Under the pieces are notes generated by a model that saw only the letters and a list, made by a program, of their open reading frames with translations, ran no database searches and was not told the origin of the DNA. Position numbers and translations under genes: made by a program. Positions 8,550 to 16,749 of a stretch of 18,953 nucleotides of DNA are shown here, one piece after another. Position 1 is the first letter of the stretch; each line of letters starts with the position of its first letter. Source of the stretch: Octopus sinensis (taxonomy: Eukaryota); assembly GCF_006345805.1 (NCBI RefSeq), contig NW_021824397.1, positions 1-18,953 on the forward strand, given 5' to 3'.

Positions 8550-8675
8550 GCAGTAGCAGCAGCAACAGCAGCAGCAGTAGTAGTAGTAGTAGTAGTAGTA
8601 TTTATAGCTGTAGCAGCAGTAGTAGCAGTTGACATGTGGCGGGTAGTGTTGTTGTTGTTGTTGTTGTTGTTGTTC
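7775..8675. repeat. Compound trinucleotide array (GAT, GAC, GGT, GGC, GTT, GTA, GCA, CAT blocks)
   Basis: About 900 bp of successive trinucleotide blocks; source of the poly-L/T/A/V ORFs. Confidence 0.95.
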
Positions 8676-9017
8676 AAGCTCGGCTCAGACCTGCTTTTCT
8701 CACATGTCCGATTAATAGGCATAAAATAGCATTCCAGAAACCGGCCAGCCCTTCTTCCCCAATACATGCCGAAAACCCCGGGACAACCCCCCCCCTCCCA
8801 CCACCTCCCACCACCTCACTAAGTAGCGTGTGATTTTCGATCGAGAAGTATCGGCTGCTATTTCCAGCAGACCTGTGACCAGGGTTTTAGATTACCACGT
8901 GATATATATATATAAGCAGTGACAGCGGAGGCGATGGCGGTGCGAGCTCTAGATTGATAAAACTAACAATGGCATAGGTATGCGTCCTTGGAACGGTGTA
9001 CATAGGCTTTTCTGTAC

Positions 9018-9049
9018 CTATACACACGCACACACACACACACACACAC

Positions 9050-9094
<45 letters not shown>

Positions 9095-9600
9095 ACACAC
9101 ACACACATTTATTTATGCATATATATATATATATATATGTATGCATGTACATATGTATATATATAATATATATATATAATATATATATAATACACAGACA
9201 CAAACACATCTTGCAAGAACTGACACACACATACACACATAATTGCAGGTGTGAGTTTTAATTCCTATTCTTGCGCGTGTGGTGTGTTTGTGTATGTAGT
9301 ATGTATGTATGTATGTATGATGTATGTATGCATGCATGTTGTATGTATGTATGTATGTATGTATGTATGTATGTATGCATGCATGTATGTATGTATGTGT
9401 GTATGTATGTATGTATGTATGTATGTATGTATGTATGAATGTATGTATGTATGTGTGTATGTATGTGTGTATGTATGTATGTATGTATGTCTGTGTGTAT
9501 GTATGTGTGTATGTATGTATGTATGTATGTATGTATGTATGTATGTATGTATGTATGTGTGTGTGTATGTATGAGTGTGTGTGTGTTTGTGTGTGTGTAT
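9018..9600. repeat. (CA)n, (TA)n and (TATG)n microsatellites
   Basis: Direct inspection; (TATG)n block at about 9283-9570. Confidence 0.95.
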
Positions 9601-10021
9601 TAGTGTATAGTTCAGCACGTGTGACTGTGTCCCTACATATATGTAAATTCGTGTGAACTCGAATTAGTGTACTTTTAATCTATATCCGTATGTTTGGGAG
9701 CATGTACTTTTATCGTATTTGTAACTTTGTATCATTTCTACGGCTTTTTTTCTTTTTCGTCTTTGTATTCGTATACATTCGCTTGCTTTCTTCCAAGAAT
9801 CTAGTGCTTGATTTTCTTGGGGCCGGCCAGATTGGAGCAGTTTCGAGTGTAACCGGCCGAAACTGCAAAGACGAACTGGAACCCAGCTGAGGATAGGAAG
9901 CTCCAAATGACGCGTCCTCGTTTTTTCCTGTCCCTGTCCCTGTCCTTTTTTTGTATCGTCTAACTGTACGGATGTTCTGTTGTCGCCTGTCACGTCCTTG
10001 TTCCATTTTTTCGTTTTCTTT

Positions 10022-10055
10022 ACACACACACACACACACACACACACGCGCACAA

Positions 10056-10088
<33 letters not shown>

Positions 10089-10117
10089 ACAGACACACAC
10101 ACACACGCACACACACA

Positions 10118-10202
<85 letters not shown>

Positions 10203-10420
10203 TATATGTATGTATGTATGTCTTCGAAACGCGCAGTAGATGAAACAGGGACAACTGAAGAAGGGGAATATTCCTTGTGTTGTATGTTTTTTACTCTGTT
10301 TTGTCTTTATGTTTTCGTTTCTCACTGTGTTCAACGTTTTTTTATGTCCTGTACACATATATGCATGTATATATACATATATATGCAGGTATGTACATGT
10401 ATGTATATATGCATATATCG
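10022..10420. repeat. (CA)n with (CG)n interruptions, (TA)n and (TATG)n microsatellites
   Basis: Direct inspection; a short unique stretch lies at about 10222-10345. Confidence 0.9.
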
Positions 10421-10422
10421 AT

Positions 10423-10712
10423 CTGTTTTGCTGAACCCCTACATTGCGGGAACGTAAACAACCAAGCATTGGTTGTCAATCGGTGGTAGCACGCAACCAC
10501 TAAGATATACTCACACACACGCATACGCGCGCACGCGCACACACACAGAGACACACACATACACACATAGTCGATGGGCTTTATTTAGTTTCTGTCTACG
10601 AAACCCACTAATAAGGCTTGGGTCAGCGCAATTTCTAATAGGAGACGCTTTGCCTCAAGGTGCCACGCAGTGAGACTAAACTCACAGTCACATTCTTAGG
10701 AAGCAAACTTCT
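10423..10712 (-). mobile_element. SINE-A, degenerate internal portion
   Basis: TTTTGCTGAACC...GAACGTAAACAACCAAGCATTGGTTGTCAA, CA array, TTTCTGTCTAC...AAGGCTTGGGTC...CAAGGTGCCACGCAGTGAGACTAAAC align to SINE-A. Confidence 0.75.
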
Positions 10713-10787
10713 GCAGGAATTTTCTTAATTTAAGATATTTATTTCCTACTTTGTGTTGCATAATGCAATTCCAAGCAAATTTGTAAT

Positions 10788-10916
10788 TGGCGGGCAACGA
10801 AATTAAGTAGATTCATACGTACCGGATGAAATACCTTGTGATATGTGGACCGGCTCCCTGCGCTCAAATCTGGGTTCAAATCCACCGAGATCAGTTTTGC
10901 TTTTGTACGGGATCAA
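10788..10916 (+). mobile_element. SINE-M, highly degenerate
   Basis: GGGTTCAAATCCACCGAGATCAGTTTTGCTTTT resembles GAGTTCAAATTCCGCCGAGGTCGACTTTGCCTTT; upstream similarity is weak. Confidence 0.5.
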
Positions 10917-11275
10917 AATAATAATAATAATAATAATAATAATATAATAATATAATAATAATGATATGCCCTGATGCGTGGCTTCTGATCTTAACTGATT
11001 GGAAGTGTTATCGTGTACATTGTTTTGCCTTGGTATAAAAGATGGGCTACAGCAAATATTCTGCTCAATGCCACAATTTGCTTGTCAGTTGTTTGACCTT
11101 AACCAGTTGAGCATTTCCCTTAGTGGCTGACGATATGTGCATTTCTGATCACGCGCAGAAGTAGTAGGGGAGCATCATAGCCATGTGTTGAGAGGGATTC
11201 TTTGGGATTTGAATTATTCACCTCTGGAAACAGGTGTTTTGTTCCTCATCCTTAAAGAAACCTAATCACTGAAAT
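10917..11275 (-). mobile_element. Probable 3' end of a non-LTR retroelement ending in a (TAT)n tail
   Basis: Mixed-composition block ending, on the minus strand, in (TAT)n (plus 10917-10962). I recall this block as a dispersed octopus repeat, but it occurs only once in the window and no protein motif confirms it. Confidence 0.4.
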
Positions 11276-11306
11276 ACGTAAAAATTTATATACATATATA
11301 AATTAG

Positions 11307-11352
11307 TTTACTTGATTCAGTCATTTGACTGCGGCCATGCTGGGGCACCGCC
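11307..11352 (-). mobile_element. Isolated 3' terminus of SINE-A
   Basis: Minus strand GGCGGTGCCCCAGCATGGCCGCAGTCAAATGACTGAATCAAGTAAA matches the last ~46 nt of SINE-A copies. Confidence 0.85.
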
Positions 11353-11370
11353 ATGGAAAACAGTGGACTA

Positions 11371-11441
11371 GGTTCCAGGTGGTTCCGAACACACGACATT
11401 CTGGATGTTAAGCAGATGTGATAACCACTACAATATGGGAC

Positions 11442-11442
<1 letters not shown>
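11371..11442 (-). pseudogene. Decayed tRNA-Val-like sequence (anticodon reads AAC on a Val-TAC-type body)
   Basis: GGTCCCATATTGTAGTGGTTATCACATCTGCTTAACATCCAGAATGTCGTGTGTTCGGAACCACCTGGAACC: 72 nt, acceptor stem 6/7 paired, anticodon stem 4/5, T-stem broken (2/5). About 57/72 identical to metazoan tRNA-Val(TAC) as I recall it. Confidence 0.8.
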
Positions 11443-11472
<30 letters not shown>

Positions 11473-11498
11473 ACATACGTACGTAATATATGCATATG

Positions 11499-11746
11499 CA
11501 GTGATGGCCAAAAGTCACCTGACAATAAATCAAAGACCCTCGATTAAAACAAAAAATTATTTTAAATGAGACTTCGCTAATAAACCGTTGAAAAAAAAAA
11601 GAAAAGAAAAAAAGAAGGAAAAACGGCGATTTTTAATTCACAGCATTCAATTATTAACCATTCATAATTGCAATGAATAAATCAAATTGAATATTAAGTA
11701 TTTATGGAATTTTGATTTACTGTCGGGTGACTTTTGGCCCAAACTG
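11499..11746. mobile_element. Tc1/mariner-type MITE, 248 bp
   Basis: 36-bp TIRs: CAGTGATGGCCAAAAGTCACCTGACAATAAATCAAA (11499-11534) versus the reverse complement of 11711-11746, 31/36 identical. TA on the right flank, TG on the left; AT-rich non-coding interior. Confidence 0.8.
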
Positions 11747-11749
11747 TAT

Positions 11750-12408
11750 ATCCACACACACAATACATACCTATTACAGCCATAACCACATATGTTCACA
11801 CTCACCATACACACAGACATTCACATATACATACATTCACATTACATACATTCATTACCTACCAATATACATGCACACATACACACATTCCGACATAGAT
11901 GCGTACATAGACACATATCTCTCATCTCTCTCTCTCTCTCTCCTATATATATCTCTATATATATAAATATTATTAGAGACAAAACACTATTTTGCAAACA
12001 AGGAGACTTAATCAATACATAAAATTTTAATAAATTTATAAAATTTTATTATAAGTCTTTCCCAAATATGGTTTTTGTCTCTATAATATTTTATATATTT
12101 TACTATAAAATTGGATTTAATCCTACTCTAATTTTTTCAAATACCCTAAATATTTATTATTTATATATATATTATATAAATTATATATATAATATATATA
12201 TATAGTATATTATATATATTATATATATATATATATATAATATATATATATATATCTATATATATATATATATATATAATATATATATATATCTCTAATA
12301 TATATATATATATATTATATATATATTATATATATATATATTATAATATATATATATTATATAATAGATATATTATATATATATATATATCTATATATAT
12401 ATATATAT

Positions 12409-12455
<47 letters not shown>

Positions 12456-12458
12456 CAT
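11750..12458. repeat. (CA/CATA)n, (TC)n and long (TA)n arrays with an AT-rich spacer
   Basis: Direct inspection; (TA)n-derived block at about 12160-12450. Confidence 0.9.
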
Positions 12459-12833
12459 GTGGAGGCGCAATGGCCCAGTGGTTAGGACAGCGGACTCGCG
12501 GTCATAGGATCGCGGTTCGATTCCAGACCGGCGTTTTGAATGTTTATTGAGCGAAAACATCTAAAGCTCCACGAGGCTCCGGCAGGGGATGGTGGTGATC
12601 CCTGCTGTACTCTTTCTCTCACTCTTACTTCCTGTTTCTGTTGTACCTGTATTTTCAAAAAGGGCCGGCCTTGTCACTCTCTGTGTCACGCTGAATATCC
12701 CCGAGAACTACGTTAAGGGTACACGTGTCTGTGGGGAGTGCTCAGCCACTTACACGTTAATTTCACGAGCAGGCTGTTCCGTTGATTCGGATCAACCGGT
12801 ACCCTCGTCGTCGTAACCGACGGAGTGCTTCCA
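12459..12833 (+). mobile_element. SINE-B with tail type 2
   Basis: A box TGGCCCAGTGG, B box GGTTCGATTCC; body and tail colinear with the reverse complements of 5502-5892 and 16316-16690; small internal deletion near the tail junction. Confidence 0.9.
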
Positions 12834-13172
12834 CAATACAATACATATATATATGCATAAATACAATTATATCCGCTTCGAAACAATGTCTGTAATAATA
12901 TCGTATAGCCTTGTGTTTATGATACCCATGTGGAAGTTATGAAGAAAATTTTTAAATTACAATTGTCGTTGGTGTTAACAATTTTTTTCTTTTTTTTTGG
13001 GTTTTTTTTTTAATTGTCGCTGGTGTTAACTATATTCTTTTTTCCTCTTCTAATTTTTTTTTTTAATATATATAAACACGTTTGACAAAGAAAACAAATG
13101 GCTGATAAAGCACAGCAGGGAGGTCTTTCGCACGAATGATCGCACACACTTAAACAAATACACTTATTGTTC

Positions 13173-13328
13173 ACACACACACACATGTATGTATGGATAT
13201 ATATATATGTATGTATGTATATATATTTATATGTATGTATGTAATGTATATATATTTATAATGTATATATATATATATATATATATATCTATATATATAT
13301 ATGTATGTATGTATATTATATTTGTATG

Positions 13329-13368
<40 letters not shown>

Positions 13369-13480
13369 ATATATATAGTATATATTATATATAAGATATA
13401 TATACATGTATATATATATACATGTATGTACTCATATGTATGCGCAATATATGTACATAGATGCGTGCGTATACTTGCCT
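13173..13480. repeat. (TA)n/(TATG)n microsatellite
   Basis: Direct inspection. Confidence 0.95.
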
Positions 13481-13518
13481 ATAACAAACATATAATATTA
13501 TTTGTTTTAGATGATGAA

Positions 13519-13617
13519 TAGCGCAGGAGTTTGCTTACGAACCACATGCTTCCGGGTTCACACTCACTGCGTGGCATTTTGGGCAAGTGGCTTCTACTAA
13601 ACAAGTAAAAGAATAAA

Positions 13618-13622
<5 letters not shown>
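13519..13622 (+). mobile_element. SINE-A, doubly deleted mini-copy (head joined to extreme 3' end)
   Basis: GCGCAGGAG|TTTGCTTACGAACCACATGCTTCCGGGTTCA...TTGGGCAAGTGGCTTCTACT|AAACAAGTAAAAGAATAAAGAATA. Confidence 0.75.
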
Positions 13623-13652
<30 letters not shown>

Positions 13653-14035
13653 CACATGTATGTACTTATATGCTACAGATAATAAGGAATCCAATATAAC
13701 CAGTTGCATGAGCAGTTCGTCGGCGACTAAGGCGAGGCCCCCTACCAGAATGTCTGTTGAGAAGGTTTGTTGGAAACGCAACAGGACTAACAACAAGCCC
13801 TGTCAAAAGTACGAAGAAACCTAGTGTCGGTTTAAGGACATTCTAGCAATAGCACAGGTCCTCAGAAATTCCGTGTTGGTGCCCGAGCTCGAAGACTGCT
13901 GAGTGTGAGGCACTCCTTAGCTTTTGTTAAAGCATGTCTTTGGAAGAAAGTATGCAGTAAATGGCATTGAACATTTTAGGGGCCATTTGCTGGCGCTTGA
14001 GATATAGGCGCTCGCTCACGCAGTTCTCGGCCCCT

Positions 14036-14264
14036 TTACTGTTTTACTCTTTTACTCGTTTCAGTCATTTGACTGCGGCCAAGCTGGAGCACCGCCTTTA
14101 GTCGAGCAAATCGACCCCAGGACTTATTCTTTGTAAGCCTAGTACTTATTCTATCGGTCTCTTTTGCCGAACCGCTAAGTTACGGGGATGTAAACACACC
14201 AGCATCTGTTGTCAAGCGATGTTGGAGAGACAAGCACAGACACACAAGCATATACATACATACA

Positions 14265-14298
<34 letters not shown>

Positions 14299-14463
14299 CG
14301 ACGGACTTCTTACAGTTTCTGTCTACCAAATCCACTCACAAGGCTTTGGACGGCCCGAGGCTATAGTAGAAGACACTTGCCCAAGGTGCCATGCAGTGGG
14401 ACTGAACCTGGAAAAATGTGGTTGGTGAGCAAGCTTCTTACCACACAGTAACTCCTGCGCCTA
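14036..14463 (-). mobile_element. SINE-A, full length, internal (CATA)n
   Basis: Colinear with the other SINE-A copies. Confidence 0.9.
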
Positions 14464-14624
14464 TATATATATATATTGAGAGAGAGAGGGGGAGAGAGAG
14501 AGGAAGAGAGAGAGAGAGAGAGAAAGAGAGTCCTGGAGATTTACCTTGTTCAGATTACAGTTTGTATTTGTAATGCGTGCATTAACTGGCTGACTTCTTT
14601 TCCAGAAAACACCATATTTTCTAG

Positions 14625-14722
14625 GTTATCAAAGAAGCATTTACTCACAAAACCAAGGGCACCGATTATTTTTTGTATAAATGTGAATTTATAATTTGGT
14701 TATGGAAACTGAATGCTTCGAA
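14625..14722 (+). CDS. Candidate internal coding exon of an unidentified host gene (VIKEAFTHKTKGTDYFLYKCEFIIWLWKLNAS)
   Basis: ATATTTTCTAG acceptor, 98 nt open only in phase 0, GTATGT donor; phase-compatible with 14878-14941. No homology recognised. Confidence 0.3.
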
Positions 14723-14877
14723 GTATGTATTCTTAGTTATCCTTTTTTCTCTTTCATTTTCGAAAAGGTATTCGCATGAGCAGGGTAGCTTTTTAATTGA
14801 TAGAAGTTTTGATGTGTATGTATCTATCTATGCATGTATGTCATTATTCAGTTTATTTCAAAATTTCTTGTCAACAG

Positions 14878-14941
14878 AGAAGAACTGGTTTCTAACTTAG
14901 ATCCAAAGCTCTTTCATTGGAATTTCAACATCAGCAAAAGG
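14878..14941 (+). CDS. Candidate internal coding exon of an unidentified host gene (EELVSNLDPKLFHWNFNISKR)
   Basis: TTTCTTGTCAACAG acceptor, 64 nt, AGG|GTATTT donor; continues the frame of 14625-14722 across a 155-nt GT-AG intron. No homology recognised. Confidence 0.3.
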
Positions 14942-14952
14942 GTATTTTTATA

Positions 14953-15358
14953 TACTCTTTACTTGTTTCAGTCATTTGACTGTGGCCATGCTGGAGCACC
15001 GCCTTTCGTCGAGCAAATCGACCCCGGGACTTATTCTTTGTAAGCCCAGTATTTATTCTATCGGTCTCTTTTGCCGAACCGCTAAGTGACGGGGACGTAA
15101 ACACACCAGCATCGGTTGTCAAGCAATGCTGGGGGGGGGGACAAACACAGACACACAAACATATACACACACACATATATATATAACATATATACGACAG
15201 CTTCTTTCAGTTTCCGTCTACCAAATCCACTCACAAGGCATTGGTCGGCCCGGACCTATAGCAGAAGACACTTGCCCAAGATGCCACGCAGTGGGACTGA
15301 ACCCGGAACCATGTGGTTGGTTAGCAAGCTACTTACAACACAGCCGCTCCTGCGCCTA
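14953..15358 (-). mobile_element. SINE-A, full length
   Basis: Colinear with the other SINE-A copies. Confidence 0.9.
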
Positions 15359-15411
15359 TGTATGTATGTATGTATGTATGTATGGTATGTATGTATGTAT
15401 GTATGTTTGTA

Positions 15412-15756
15412 TGCGGAGGTGATTGAGTCGTGCAGGCTTGGTGCGCCATCAAAATTCTTATAGAAATCACCCCATGATAAACAATGATGTGGCTATTAAG
15501 ATTCATAACAGAACGTGTGTAAAGTGTGGAAGGGTGTGCCTCTCAGTTGGAGCTCTAAAAAGACATGTTAAGGGAGTGCATATGCTGGCACTTGTTTCTC
15601 CTGCCAGCCAGCACAGTTGTCTAGTATGTAATAAAATGTGTAAAAGCTTGGCCGGGCTTAAAAATTAAATAAGGGCATAACATGGTAACAATTATGATCG
15701 TTTCAGTAAGTTTCTTGGCAATGGCTTCTCTCGTGTAACGAGGATGCAGCTGTCTC
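15412..15756 (+). mobile_element. 5'-truncated LINE 3' end (RTE/BovB-like) encoding tandem C2H2-type zinc fingers, degenerate
   Basis: LSRAGLVRHQ (partial finger), CVKCGRVCLSVGALKRHVKGVH (intact, 15516-15581), CLVCNKMCKSLAGLKN*IRA* (His positions are stops). Short 3' UTR with CTCGT-GTA-ACGAG hairpin (15730-15742), then (GTAT)n. No TGEKPY linkers. Confidence 0.7.
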
Positions 15757-15910
15757 GTATGTATGTATGTATGTATGTATGTATGTATGTATGTATGTAT
15801 GTATGTATGTATGTATGTATGTATGTATGTATGTGTGTATGTATGTATGTATGTGTGCTTGTGTACATCTATATTTGTATTTGTGTGTGTGAGCGCGCGT
15901 GTGTATGTGT
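15757..15910. repeat. (GTAT)n then (TG)n microsatellite
   Basis: Direct inspection; a matching (GTAT)n block lies at about 15357-15411. Confidence 0.95.
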
Positions 15911-16315
15911 ATTTAAAATACCAAATTATTGGAATTCTTCCTAGTAAGGAACTGATTTTCTAATAATGAAGCCAAGTTCCACCGCAAGAATTTGGAAAAC
16001 AATAACGATGTGTAGTCGTTACTCTTTTTACTCTTTTATTTGTTTCAGTCATTTGACTGCGGCCATGCTGGAGCACCGCCATTAGTCGAGCAAATCGACT
16101 TCAGAACCCATTCTTTGGAAGCCTAGTACTGAGTCTATCGGTGCCTTTTGCCGAACCGCTAAGTTACGGGGACGTAAACACGCCAGCATCGGTTGTCCAG
16201 CGATGTTGAGGGGACAAACATAGACACACAAACGAACCGACATCGGTTGTCAAGCAGTTTCGGCGGGGTATAAATACAATCACCCCCCCCCATACACACA
16301 TATACATATATATTC

Positions 16316-16690
16316 GTGGCACTCTGTCGGTTACGACGACGAGGGTTCCAGTTGATCTAATCAATGAAACAGCCTGCTTGCGAAATTAACGTGCAAGTGG
16401 CTGAGTACTCCACAGACATGTGTACCCTTAACGTAGTTCTCGGGGAGATTCAGCGTGACACAAATTGTGACAAGGCTGGCCCTTTTAAATACGGATACAA
16501 CAGAAAAAGGAAGAAAGATTGAGAAAAAAATTGTGGTGAAAGAGTACAGCAGGGTTCGCCACCTGCACCTGCGGGAGTCTCGTGGAGCTTTAGCTGTTTT
16601 CGCTTAATAAACACTCACAACGCCCGGTCTGGGAATTGAAACCTCGATCCAAGGACCGCGAGTCCGCTGCCCTAACCAATGGGCCATTGC
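16316..16690 (-). mobile_element. SINE-B with tail type 2, diverged, inserted in the internal microsatellite of SINE-A
   Basis: Colinear with 5502-5892; lacks the first ~8 nt of the head. Confidence 0.85.
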
Positions 16691-16749
16691 AGACATATTT
16701 TATATACGACGAGCCTCATTCATTTTCTCTCTAATTCACTCAGAACGCT

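Noticed and set aside
8200-8767. Poly-Leu, poly-Ala/Thr and poly-Val ORFs up to 173 aa
   Set aside because: They lie entirely in the trinucleotide array; no non-repetitive domain.
12459-12530. tRNA-like heads with good A and B boxes (also 16953-17020, 3510-3578, 5820-5889)
   Set aside because: They do not fold into full cloverleaves and always continue into the SINE body, so they are SINE promoters rather than tRNA genes.
12961-13030. 19-mer AATTGTCG(T/C)TGGTGTTAAC repeated 51 bp apart, each followed by T tracts
   Set aside because: Two units only; an ordinary short tandem duplication with no further structure.
15423-15668. Host C2H2 zinc-finger gene
   Set aside because: No TGEKPY linkers, in-frame stops upstream and in the last finger, no splice sites, and a retroposon-like UTR and tail.
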